Shown here piece after piece: positions 13,354 to 26,200 of a stretch of 64,000 bases of DNA; position 1 is the stretch's first letter; each line of letters begins with the position of its first letter. The stretch lies in contig CM052817.1 of assembly GCA_028534125.1 (NCBI GenBank), positions 65,164,001 through 65,228,000 of the forward strand. The letters are read 5' to 3'. A model generated the notes under the pieces. That model worked only from the letters and a program-made list of their open reading frames with translations, ran no database searches and was not told where the DNA came from. Origin of the DNA: Lama glama (taxonomy: Eukaryota). The position numbers were made by a program, and so were the translations under genes.

Positions 13354-13359
13354 TTTATT
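13354..13359 (-). terminator. DNAJB14: Candidate proximal poly(A) signal of DNAJB14
   Basis: AATAAA on minus strand ~430 nt after the stop, with TG-rich sequence downstream. Confidence 0.4.
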
Positions 13360-13787
13360 CCATCAATTTAAACTGAAGTGTCTCATGGAGCTAAACACCA
13401 AAAGAATTTAAATAAAAAGGCAATAATAACCTGTATATACACAAAATGATCATTCCATAAATATTTACATGACAAGGGAAAAGTGGAGAATCTAAAACCA
13501 GGAACGGCTACAGGTGTGATGATCCTTTCTCAGACATTTTTAGTTAGGAATCATATAAGCTTTTAAAGTGAAAATAATTGCAGAAGCAAAACTAAAATAT
13601 TCATTTTAGTTTTCAGTTTCTTACTATTTAAAGGAGCCAGTAAGTCATAAACAGTCCAAGATTTCAGGGACCAACTATTCAGTTTAGTTTTCAACATCAT
13701 ATCTTTTTCTTTAGCTCTCAAGGTGAAACTAAACTTACTTGCAGAAAAAATAAAGAGTACTCTAAAAGATATAAATAAAATTCCAGT

Positions 13788-13912
13788 TCATCCTCCTTTA
13801 TAAATACTGGTCAGCCGCTCCAGTTCTTTACAGTTGTCCATGCTCAAGGCATCTGCCTTCCTGCGCAGTCGTTCATCATGGTAGACTTTTGCTGCATACT
13901 GCATATCAGTTT
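13788..13912 (-). CDS. DNAJB14: DNAJB14 last coding exon (exon 8), 125 nt: (K)[40 protein letters not shown]
   Basis: tttttgtcaacag| acceptor; translation matches the DNAJB14 C-terminus (DUF1977); TGA at 13790-13788. Confidence 0.96.
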
Positions 13913-14999
13913 CTGTTGACAAAAATATTTGGCAGAGTAAGAATTTAGATCACCTAGTTGTTTAAACTCAGATGATGTTTCATAGAAGTCCCTCAATATA
14001 TTTCTATTAACTGACTTTTTTAAAAAAAGAAATCCAGGTACTAGAACTAAAAGCCATTTGAAAGCCTAGCATGTAAAACAAATGCAGAGCTGCTCTAGAA
14101 AACAAGGATAGTGTCCTATCGACTCGTTCTTGCCTCCACTCCTGTGCTCAGAGGTTTAAAAACTACTGCTCTAAAGCGTCATCTCAACCTCTTATCCCAA
14201 AGATATCATATGCAATTCAACACTGCCGGTAGTTGTTTTTGCTATGAGCTTTTATTAAGGTTCCAAATTAATTAACTGTGCCAAGATCTGAGTAGAAAAA
14301 AATTAAATCTTTGTTTTGGGTTTGCCTGATTTAAAACATATATAATAAACTTACTACAGGAACACAAAAGAGAAAAAAGCTTGCTTCACATTCATAGTAG
14401 TGGTATTTAGCAAATAAGTATCTTTGAGGCTTCCTTCAATATGTGGTTAGCATTAGTTAAGAAAGATGAACGGATTAGAAATCAAACATTCCTAAGGGAA
14501 CTATTCCTATTTTCCAGTTAGTCCCAGCCATTTCACTGTTTAGTTAACACTTCTAAAGGGTGGGAGCTCTTACATAAGATTTAAAAAACAGTGGCCAAAT
14601 TAGAGGACTTCAGACAGGACCACATTAAAAATATACAGATACGAGTGTATTCTATTTGCAAGGATCCTTCAGAAATGATCAGGTTAGGATTTAACAACTC
14701 AATCAGAATCACTCCACCTCTTTTATTTACAAATGAGGCACTTGTAAAATCTGTTGCATACAATTCTTTCCTAATGAGGTAGATAAGTCAAAGTCCACAG
14801 GGCTAGGAAATGGCAGAATCTAGACTCCAATCTAAATCTCCAACTCCTAGCCTAATACTCTTTCCATTACCTCAAATTACTGCTCGTATTTTATAGAACA
14901 CCTATTTTACCAATGTAGACATTAGAGAATGTTAGAAGTGACTCTAAACAGAAAAATCCTGACAAGAGTATCCAAACCCCTCACCTGTAGATTTGCTAA

Positions 15000-15520
15000 A
15001 TTTGTTGAATTTGATTTCGAAAATTTCAAATGTACACCCAAATTAAGAGTACCACAATAAACACTCTCAGACCCTTTACCTTGATCAATTCTTCTCATTT
15101 TGTCAAATTTGCTTTAGCTCTCTCTACAATAAAGGTTGTTGTTATTGTTGTGGTAGTTATTATTATTTTGTAGAACTTTTTGAGAGTAAGTTGCAGACAC
15201 CATGACCTTTCATTCCTAATTACTTCAGCATGTTTTTCCCAAGAACAAGGGCATTCTCTTATATAACCACAACACAATTTTCAAATTCAGAACTTTAACA
15301 ATGACGTAATACCATTATCTAATGTGTAGTCCATATTCAGATTTTGCCAATTGTCTCAGTGATGTCCTGATGTCTTTTATAACCATTGCCTCCCCATTCA
15401 GGATCCAATCTAAGATCACACACTATATTTAGTTGTCACGTCTCTCTAGTCTTTAAGGGTTTTGTCTTGTTTTATTAATAGTCTTGAACACAAGCAAGTT
15501 GTTTTGTAAATAATGACTTA
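15000..15520 (-). mobile_element. Old L1M (L1MC/ME-like) 3' fragment
   Basis: Motifs AGAGTAAGTTGCAGACAC, AAGAACAAGGGCATTCTCTTATATAACCACAA and CAGGATCCAATC typical of L1MC/ME 3' UTRs. Confidence 0.6.
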
Positions 15521-16306
15521 CTAAATCAGAATTAGCTAAAACTTCTGCTAGTAACTTTGAAAGACACGTATAAATGTGTACAATATAGCTGTAGATAATG
15601 TGGTATAGTAGACAGAAGATTGACCGAAGCATCCATGAAACCTATTGATACTTACCTTGCCAGACTGTTAAAAGGTGAAAATAATTTATGCCAAGCAAAA
15701 CCACTTAGTTTGCTAGGGCTAGAGTAAAAAACAATGATAATTATAATAAATAATAATACACTTACTGGTGCAAGGCATTATCCTAAGTGTTAATATATAT
15801 TATCCGTTATGGTCCATATTTTAATAAGATAACTGAGCCTTAGGTTAAGTAACTTCGCCTAGGTAATGTGCTGGTGGAGCCAGGATCTTGCAAGGCAGTC
15901 CCAGGGCCTACACTTTAATCATAATGTTACATTCTCTTCCATAAATGAGTATCTTTCCCTTCCTTCTTTCTCTTTATGCAGTCAATTCCCAATTATTTAA
16001 GGTAATAGAAGGTAAGTATGCATAATCCAAAAATCACACATTTTGGCTGGGGAGTAGAACTTGTATTTGAAAATGGTTTTATCTAACATGCTAGCCATTC
16101 TTTAACACAAAATAAGCAGGTCTTTCGTTCATTCATTCTTATGAATTCATTCATTATTCATCCAATTGCTCATATAGCCATCAAAACTTACTCTTATGAC
16201 TATGACGTGCCAAGGATTGTGCGAAGTACTACAGATCAAAAAATTAAGCAAAATAAAATTAAATAAATAAAATGTGGTAAATACTTCCTTAAGACCTTCG
16301 GCTAAT

Positions 16307-16547
16307 ACAAGGTTTCGCAACCTCAGCAATGCTGGCATTTGGAACCAGATAGTTCTTGTTGTGGAGGTTGTCCTGCGTACTGAAGAATATTTAGTAGCAT
16401 CCCTGGCCTAACATCAGATGCTGGTAGCAATCCCTTCCACCACCACCTCATCCCCCATCCCTGCCGTGCTGACACACAGTTTCCAGACATTGTTACCAAA
16501 TGTCCCCTGGGAGGCAGGGGCAAATCATTCCCAGTTGAAAACCACTA
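16307..16547 (+). mobile_element. MER20 (hAT-Charlie) DNA transposon
   Basis: GGTTTC.CAACCTCAGCA...TTTAGTAGCATCCCTGGCCT...CCAGACATTG...AAATGTCCCCTGGG...CCAGTTGAAAACCACT matches the recalled MER20 consensus. Confidence 0.85.
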
Positions 16548-17891
16548 GTCTAATCTTCTCCACATTGAGAACAGACTGATTCACAGACCCAGACTTAGAA
16601 ACCAAGGAGGTCATAGTGCCTCTAACTAGCAGTATATAGATGAAGAAACCAAGGCTAGAGATGAGGACTCTCTTAGAAGTACACAAGGTTAGTTTCATCA
16701 AATTTTCCCTGGTGAGTAAGAGATAATGATACAGCTCCCATTCTCTGAGTATTTACTACACATGAAACACTTTAACTATTGCCTAATTTAAGTTTCACAA
16801 CAAGCCCATAAAGTTAGGTACTATTGAGAAGGCTGTGGAGCACAGTGCTGGATTCTGAAAACAAATTGGTTTCGAATCATAGTTTACCTTGATGACTTTG
16901 GGCAAGTTCTAATTAATCTCTCTTTGCCTCAGTTTCCTCATAAATAATGTAGGTATAATAACTTCACACTGTTGTGGAGTTTAAATAACTTTATATGTGT
17001 GTGTATGTGTATATATATATATATACACACTATATATATATAGTACTTAGGACAGTGACTGAAACAATAGGTATTTAAATTACAGTTACTTCCTCTTCCC
17101 ATTCATCATCATCATTATCCATTTTATATATGAGGGAATAAATTCACAGACGTTAGACTATTTGGTCCTAATCACTCAGCTGAAATTTTTCAGAGTAGGA
17201 TTCAACTTTAGTCTGTTTAATTCCAAAGTCTTCACCATATAGTCTACATTATTATTCATAACAGTCAGAAAGACGAAAAACTCGAACACTCAATTCACAT
17301 GCAGCATCTCGGTAGATTCTTAATGTCAACTTTTTTATAGGTGTAACTGCTTAATTAAGACAGCTGAGGCTGGAAAAGGCTAAACAAATTGATTAAGAGT
17401 TCACTAGGACTTCTCTCCATACAAAATAAAGGAAAATGAAATGTCAACAAAACTCATTGTACATTAAGTGCTCCATGTTGAATTAGTGAATTAATAAAGA
17501 GCTTCAAATTTAAATCTGAAACAGGATGTATATTAGAATTGATGGCATAGTTCATGCCCAGGATCTTTTTCTTTCCTAGTGGTACATAAAACAGTGATGC
17601 ATGCTACAATTGACAACGTCGTAAATACAATGAAATTTAGTATTATCCACTTATTCCACCAAATATTTATTATAACAACAAGCACACAACTGCCATTTAT
17701 TAAGTCCTTGCTATGTGCCAAATACTATTATAAGACCACATGCACATTAAAACATATGGTCTCATTTAAGTATTGGGCTCTGAGTATGTGCCAGGCAATT
17801 CTATAACATTCTTTGAGTAGGGAAATACACAGTAATCAATTCCAAAGACTCTGAATAAATTTTTAAATGTTAAAACATTTGATAAACTTAC

Positions 17892-18064
17892 TTTGTTGTC
17901 TTTCTTTCCAGCAATTATTTCGAATGTTAGTCACATAATCTTCTTCCACACTCTTTTCTACCTTTTGTAATAACATTCCTTTATATTCATTTTTAAAGTC
18001 CTTGTTGACATAATAAACGACACCCAAGTTTTCTGTCTGCATTTTAATCGTTTGCCCTGATCCA
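17892..18064 (-). CDS. DNAJB14: DNAJB14 exon 7, 173 nt: [57 protein letters not shown]
   Basis: tttcttttacag| acceptor, |gtaagt donor; luminal DUF1977 sequence; phases join exons 6 and 8. Confidence 0.96.
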
Positions 18065-18886
18065 CTGTAAAAGAAATGCTTGATTATTATTTTTTAATTA
18101 AAATTGTACATTCTGATTTGCTACTACAAACCAAACAAAAACAATTGAAAATAATTAAAAGTTAATATTGGTAATCAAGTATTTACATTATCTCAAATTA
18201 CCTAAAACTACCATTCATGTCATAAAAAGCAATCATTTTAATATATTATGTTCTTATAAGTTCTCTCAATTTTTAGTTAGTACAAATTTTATTTGGAAGA
18301 AATAAATTATTTAATTTTAGACCAATCTATTTTTTAGTATTATAAAAATCACTGGCAATATGATTTTGATTTTACCGTTTCCTTTATGTCCACTGTATTA
18401 TACTAAAGTCTTTTAGAATGGATGCTGCATTAAATGTACTATATGTCCTGACCTTTTATATACAATGTATATTATGGAAAACTACCTCATATAACAAAAA
18501 AGTAATATTTGCTTTTATTTAATCAATATTTTACAGACAGAAGAGTGAAGTCATTTCCCCTTTAATGACACAAACCTATGTAAGATCAATCACAATTCTA
18601 TTTTTGTCTTCTAAAGTCTTCGATGTCAACATATTACCTGTTACGTTAAATTGCTATCAAGTTCTAATATAGCACTTCTGTCTTTATTCACAATGGAACA
18701 GAAGTGTAAACTAACAAAATATGAATTTATTGCTTGAGTATTTTTAAAATTAGAGACTTTTAAATCAGGTACACATGTAGTAGTAAAAGATTTGGCACTT
18801 AAAAGTTTAAGAAAGCACGAGGCCCTTTTAATGAAGCTAGGCAAGAAACAATTCGTCTTTTCGTAAAACTTCACTTAGCTACTTAC

Positions 18887-18996
18887 GATCTGGGATATAA
18901 GGAATAAGGAGGATTAGAGACCATCAACTGGCTTAATAATGACACGAGGATCAATACAATAATGGGCATCAGCTGGATAAACACAGAAAAACCTCC
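18887..18996 (-). CDS. DNAJB14: DNAJB14 exon 6, 110 nt: [36 protein letters not shown](S), transmembrane segment
   Basis: tttttttatag| acceptor, |gtaagt donor; hydrophobic helix characteristic of DNAJB12/14. Confidence 0.96.
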
Positions 18997-19811
18997 CTAT
19001 AAAAAAATCATCAAAGAATAACAGAGTGTAATATAACTGTAGTTGTCAATAATCCAACAGCTGTCATACATTTTCAGAGGCAGAAAGGACGTTTGAGATC
19101 ATCTGGTTAAATGCTTATAAATCTGCCTGATCATACCAACTTCCTGGGGGTGATTCTTAAAAACACAACTTTCTAGGTTCTTCACCTAGAGATCATGATC
19201 CTGATTTGGACAACAATGATACAGCCTCATCTCATTTTACAGATGTGGAAGTCCTCTGTCTCTCTCTTCTTCTCATACAGACTATCAATATGCAGTAGCT
19301 TGCAAAACTATTTTTACCTTGGATCTGAGCATGGATCATGGACGTTGATAAGAGTGGGAGAGCTGGGGCCCAGATCTTTTACTTTCTAGTCTAGTGCCTT
19401 TTCCATTTACCTTTCTACTTCATGTAATTTAACTGCTACATGCAATTAAGTATAATTGCATTAGAACAAGGAAAGTGACTTCTAATTTAAGTTTTTGTAT
19501 TAATTCTAAATTCTTTAGAACCAGCAATAAAACTTTACCTTCAAAGCATGCACACTGCAGGTTTATCTTCATTAGAATCACAGATTATCAAACGTGAAGT
19601 GTCATGCTGCCCAACCACCCTCCAACCCTGACTTCCACCCCTGCTCCCCCAACATAACTAAGGGGTTCTCTAGTCTCTACTGAACACCTCTGGTAAAAGA
19701 AAACTCGTTACTTCCTTTTAAAACAACTTGTCCTATTTTCAGACAACTCTAATTGCTTTTCCTGAGTTAAAATTTGCAATTTTAAGATTTCTAATCATAT
19801 CATAAACATAC

Positions 19812-19906
19812 ATCTCCTCTTTCTTCTTCTCTTTCATGTCCACTGTGTCGATGCTGATGTTGATGGCTATAACCAGCTCGTCCATTTGAAAATGAATGTA
19901 CACTAC
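19812..19906 (-). CDS. DNAJB14: DNAJB14 exon 5, 95 nt: (G)[31 protein letters not shown]
   Basis: acttcctag| acceptor, |gtatgt donor; phases consistent with neighbouring exons. Confidence 0.95.
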
Positions 19907-21335
19907 CTAGGAAGTTAAAAGCAAGGTTAAATTAGGAAGGAAATCATGATCAGAAAAATTCTATTTTCTATTATATTTTTATTTAATTTTTAAAATTACT
20001 AAAACAATCCATGTTTGAAGAATGAATGCCTCTTCTTGTGAGTAGAGGGTAGACAAAACCAAGAATGATTCTTCTCTTAAAGTAAAGGAGAAGTTCTTTC
20101 TTGATGAAAACTTGAATTGAGTCCCTCCCTAATACTGAGTACATAGAGGACTTTTGCTGTGGTCAGCTGTTTTCAGAAACCTTGGATCATTAATCTGAAA
20201 CTCTACTTTCTGCATTTATCAATTTCTGCCACAATTTTCAAACATCTTCTTTTCGATGGACATTCAAATTGTTTTCAAAGAGGGTGCCAACCAGAGATGG
20301 CTACCACTGATTAACTATGTTAAAACAAACAAAAGGACTTCAACAATCAGAAAATTCACTATTACCTAAAAGATTTCTAGTTATTCCTAAAATATTTTCA
20401 GTCAAAATCATTAGTCTGAATAATTTTTCTGTGATAGGTAATTATGTATCTTAATGTGTCAAAATTCAGGGTATATTTTTAGTCATTAATTTGTATTTTC
20501 ACATCCTCTTTCAAGGATGCTTTACAAAATGCCTTATCAATGACCTCAATCTTTCTCAGTGATATTCAGCCAGGGCTAGCAGGCCAAACTGTATTGCTGC
20601 ATTCATAAAGACTCTCCTAATTTGGAATGGGATGTTTAACTTAGCACCTTTCATAACTGCTGTAAACAAGACTGGAGCTACAATTTTAACCACCTCAGAG
20701 TAGCTACTTTTGAAAATTAATTTCCATCAAGTAACTCACATTAAATGTAAGTAAAATTCACTGCTTATGCTGGTACTATAAAAGTCTATTCATTTAGTAG
20801 TACTTCTACAGTATTTTACTTTGATAGCCTAGTTCAGATAACTATTTTTATCTTAATATAATTTTTTAAAACCCAGTTACCTTATATATAGCCTATAACT
20901 CAGACACGAGTATTTCATCGGAAAGTACCTCTACATATATCCATATTAGCAATCTACAATGTTATTAATGAAATATTTACAAAGATCTTCAGAAAACCAA
21001 TGTCAAATAGTTATCCAAAGTATAGGTTACCTCCTATAATTGTCACAGCATTTAACTAAGACATTGCCACCAGATCTTCTACTTACACATCCCTTCTGCA
21101 GCTTTATATAAAATATAGAATATCTTTTTAAAATTAAAATATGTCCTAGGAAAAAAGGTGGACTTAGAGTAAAGGTAATAAGTATAATTTTTTTTCTATC
21201 TTCATGAAAAACCATCACAGGATCATAATACTATAAGATGTCAGGGAAAAAGTAGATATATCTCTAAATAGTCTAACTGGAAGTGAGGATCTCTAGCTTC
21301 ATAAAATACAACACTTATAACTAACATTAAAATAC

Positions 21336-21521
21336 CTGAAGGAAATCCACCGCCAAAGAATATATTAAACAAGTCTTCTGGAGTTATATCAGCTTCACAA
21401 CCTCTATGGAAATTAAATCTACCATTGTTCTGGTGATTACACGCTTGTTCTTCATTGCCTGTGAGGTCATACTGTTTTCGTTTTTCTGGATTGCTTAAAA
21501 CAGCATATGCGTTTCCAATCT
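21336..21521 (-). CDS. DNAJB14: DNAJB14 exon 4, 186 nt: (K)[61 protein letters not shown]
   Basis: cttttctag| acceptor, |gtattt donor; C-terminal half of the J-domain ([14 protein letters not shown]) plus G/F-rich region. Confidence 0.96.
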
Positions 21522-23264
21522 CTAGAAAAGTAGTAAGTGAAAGTTGGTAAGGTAAGCAAAGCTTTTTTTTTTTATTAAAAGAGACTACCCCAATTAAAAG
21601 CTACTTATCGAACAATAACAATAAAAAACTACTTGAGGCTAATCAAGAAAATAAAACAGTAACAATTTCTTTTAAAGTATTACACATTGCATGTAATTAC
21701 ATGGATTATTATTACCTCCCAATACAGTTTTTTATACTAGTCTCCCTATTGCCTTGACCATAAAGGAATGTCCACCTGCTTTCTTACTATTGTGCTTCAC
21801 CTCTAATATCCTGCTTCCTTCTTTGTTAGTACTCTAATCTAGTCATTCATTAGTGCCATTCAAACCGATAATAACTGCAGTAACTCCCGAGTGCTGGGCT
21901 CGGAACCCAGTATCTTATTGCATTATCCATTATTATCCCCTCTTTAAAGATTCGCTCTCTGAGGCTCAAAAAGGTTAGGAAACTTATTCAAGGTCAAATG
22001 TATTTTAGCACAGTTAAGTAAACGCTATGCAACCTATACCATAAACCTTTTTTGCACACTGCAGCCCAGCATGAGGGATTCTTCATTCTATTCCTGAGCA
22101 ATTTTTCTCTTAATACTGTAAACTCCACGAGGGCAGGGGCCGTGTCTGTTTTCACTGCAATACCCCCGGGGTCTAACATAAAGTCTGAATTTGTTTTCGA
22201 ACAAATCCATGTAGTCTCTAGTTTTCCTATCTCATTTTGCTGATTTTGTGTACTTGTTTATGAAGAATTCTATTTCCTATCTCATACTCTTGTGTCCAAA
22301 GAGTACATTAATTACCAAAATGTCTTCTTGAGGTAATTCACAGAGCTGTAATGCTTTGATCTAAAAGCAGGGATTACCCTATTCTCATTCTGACACTTTC
22401 AATAATTAATCATTTCATAAATACAGCTTGCTTCTTAAACTAGATCATAAGCCTCTTGCAATATGGGATTATTTTAAAAATAGCTTTTGGATCCCACGTG
22501 GTAGCTGCGATAGGTACTGTGCAAGCAAATAAATGCTCATTAGGTAGTTGTTTTGGGTGATTATATATCACAGTGAAATTAATTATATAAAGACTCTCTG
22601 GAACCTTTCTTCTGATCCAGAGCTAGATTTCAGGTGGTCTTTGAATCCAATGGTATGAAAAAATAAGGTGGCTTGTCCATTTATCTGCGGAGGCAGTCCA
22701 AAACTTTCTTCAGACTTTAAAATAGGACTATGGCTCAGAAATATAGCAGTCATTTATAATGTTGCTCCAGTGGGAAAGCATAATCAGAAATCCAAGCAAT
22801 GTATATACAAACACCGCCAAGGTATCAACCCATACCTAAAAAAGAAACCGATCTAGCAGTATCTGCCAAAGTTGCACTTCCAGTAATAACAATTTTAGGA
22901 TTTAACCTCTATATACTAAAAGGACTATTTCAAGTTCATAATGTTGTTTCTTTTTAAACTATTAGTTATTGGCAACTCAATTCTATTTTTAAGGCTTTGC
23001 CTTAAAAAAACACTTTCAAACATTATATTTTATAAGATATTTTTGAAATACTGTCATAATTCATAATTTTATGTATAAGACTATTCTATCTACTGTGCCT
23101 AGAGTAATTTTCTATTCATTTACTTTGTGCTACACCTATAATCAAGATTTTTGGTTCCCTATTATCTAAAGAATTAAAACTAAAATTTATTTTTGTATTC
23201 CAAAGCCTTACAAAATACATTTCCATATCATTTACTTCACTAAAAGATATCTTCTACTTTATTT

Positions 23265-26200
23265 GTTTTCCTTTAATTACACTTTTTATTTTGAAGTTAA
23301 CTTTAGATTCATATGAAGTTGTAAGAAATAATACAGAGAGATCCCTTCTACCTGTTACCTAATTTCCTCCAATGATCGTATCGTATACAATTATAGCACA
23401 GGATTCAGACAGGACACTGACATTGACATAATCAGTACACAGAACATCTCCATCACCATCCCCAGGTTGCCCTTTAATAACCACACCCACTTCCTTCTAC
23501 TCCATCCCCTCTTTAACTGTCCACAACCATTAACCACTTCTATAATTTTGGCATTTCAAGAATGTTATATAAATGAAACAATAAAGTATATAAATAAAAT
23601 CAATCAGCATAATTCTCTGGACATCAATCCAGGTTGTTAAGTAACCCATTCATTCCTTCCTATTGCTGAGTAGTTTTCCAGAGTCTGGAAGTGCCACTGT
23701 TTGTTTCACTAATCACCCACTGAACAACATCTGAGTTGTTTCTTGTTTTTGGTTACTACAAATAAACTGTACACTCATGTCCAGATTTATATGTAAACAT
23801 AAATTTTCATTTCTGGGATAAATTCCCAGAAACACAATTTCTGGGTTGTCTGTTAGCTGAATACTTAACTTTGTGAGAACCGCCAAACTGTTTTACAGAG
23901 TGACTAGGTCATGTCATATCACATCAGCAACGTACAAGTGATCCAGTTTCTCTGCATCCATACCAGTATTTGGTGTTGTTACCATTGTTCTATTTTAACC
24001 ATTCTGATAGATGTGTAGTCATATCTCATCTTGGTTTTACTTTGTATTATCTCTAATGGCTAAGGAATAATGTTGAAAATCTTTTCATACACTTATTTGC
24101 CATCTGTATACAGTCTTTAATGGGATGTCTCTTCATGTCTCTTACCCAATTTCTAATTGGATTGTCTGCTTTTTAAATTTTGGGCTTGGGGAGTTCTTTA
24201 TATATTCTAGATATTAGCCCTTTGTTGTCAGATATGTGCTTGGGAAATATTTTCTCCTATTTCATTGCTTGTCTTTTCCTCCACCTCATAGCATCTCTGC
24301 TATGAAAATTATTTTGATGAAGTTCAACTTACCTACTTTTCTTTTTATAAGCTGTCTGGTGTTAAATCTAAGAAATCACTGCATAGCCCAAGATTGTGAA
24401 GATTTGTTCACATGATTTTTTGCTAAAAGTTAAAAAAGTGTTGTTTTATATACATTCAGGATTCATTTTGAATTCATTCTTACATAAAGCACAAGATTTA
24501 TGTAAAGGTTACTTTTTTGTTGTTGTTTTGTTTATGAATGTACAGCTATTTCAAAACCGTCTGCTGAAAAGCCTGTTTCCTCCACTGAATTGTTTCGGCA
24601 CCTTCATCATATTTGCATAGGTTCCCTGTCCTGTTCCATTGATGTGTCTATCTCTCTGCCAAAATCACACTGTTTTGATAACTGTAGCTATAAAGTAGGT
24701 CCTAAAATCAAGTACACTGATCGCTCCTACTTGATTCTCTCAATAAATCATTTTGATTTAATCAGGTTCTTCATCTTTCTATATGAATTTTAGAAAAAAC
24801 TTCCTTTTATCTACAAAGAAGTCTTGCTAGGATTTTGACAGGAATTGTATTAAATATGTGTATCAACTTGGGGAGACTTGGCATCTTTACTGCTGTGTCT
24901 TCCAATCCATGAACATGATGTATCATTACATTTATTTAGATCTTCTCTGATTTCTTTTATTAGTATTGTATAGCTTTCAGCATACAAATCTTATACAAAC
25001 TCTATTAAATTTACTCCTAAGTATTTCTTGTGTGTGTGATTGTAAACAATAACGTATTTTTAAATTCAGTGTCTACATGTTCACTATTAGTACACAGAAA
25101 TGCACTAAACCACTTCTAAATTGATTTTTGTGTTTATCTTACACACTAAAATCTTGCAGGATTCACTTATCAGTTCTAGGATTTGGGGGGTACATTCTTG
25201 GGGACTTCATACCTAATCATATTATTATAAATAGGGACAGTTTGATCTCTTCTTTTCCAATCTGTGTGCCATTTATTTCCTTCTTTCACTTTAATGCACT
25301 GATTAGAATTTCCAACCGTATGCTGAGTTAAGAGTGGTGAAAGGGGGACATTCTTGGTTTGTTCCCAGTCTTAGGGGGAAAGTGGTCAGTCTTTCACCAG
25401 TAAGTATAGTGTTAAGGTTTTCTATAGTTGCTCTTTTATCAGTCTGAGGCAGTTCCTTTCTATTCCCATTTTTCCATCACTGTTTCATTTCCTGTCAGTT
25501 TTTATCACGAATGAATGGTGAAAATTTTCAAACACTTTTACTGCATTGAGTGACGTGGTTAGATTTTTATTTTTTAGGCTATTAAAATAGTGTTACCACA
25601 GTGACTGATATTCAAATAGTGAACCAGCTCTGCACCCTTGGAATACACTCTGCTTGTTCAGGATGTATAATTCTTTTTAAAGATTGCTGAATTCTGATAT
25701 TTTGTTAAGGATATTTGGGTTTATTCCATGAAGGATACTAGTCTACAGTTTTTTTCTTTTCTTCTCTTTTCTTTTCCTTTTCTTTTCTGTGGTAGTGTCT
25801 TTGATAGCAGGGTAATAATTATTTTGTGAGATGGATTGGGAAATCTTTCCTTCTCTTTAAAAGTTTTATAGAATTCTCCAACAAAGATATCTGAGTCAGG
25901 AGATCTCTTTGGGGGAGGTTTCTTAATTACAAATTTAATTTACTTAACAGTTTTAGGGCTGTTCATATTATCTACTTCAAACTGACTAAGTTCTGATTAT
26001 CTGCATTTTTTCAAAAAAAAAACTGGTCCATCTCTTCTAAGTTGCAAACGTATGTGTAGAGCTGTTCGCAGTATTCCTTTATTATCCTGTTGATGTTTGT
26101 GGGGTTTGTATGCTTGTTTCTGATGCTATTTTTTGATAATAGCAATTTCTGTCTTCTTTTTTTTTCCCTTGTCAGTCTATCAATTTTATTGATCTTTTCA

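Larger units (their letters stand above)
8980..13787 (-). other. DNAJB14: DNAJB14 long 3' UTR (~4.8 kb)
   Basis: AT-rich stretch with no recognisable interspersed repeats between the TGA and the distal AATAAA; 3' end inferred. Confidence 0.6.

Noticed and set aside
13788..21521. DNAJB14 as a 5'-truncated pseudogene, or as paralogue DNAJB12
   Set aside because: All five exons are intact with canonical splice sites; the C-terminus ([10 protein letters not shown]) and synteny indicate DNAJB14; the missing exons are explained by the gap.
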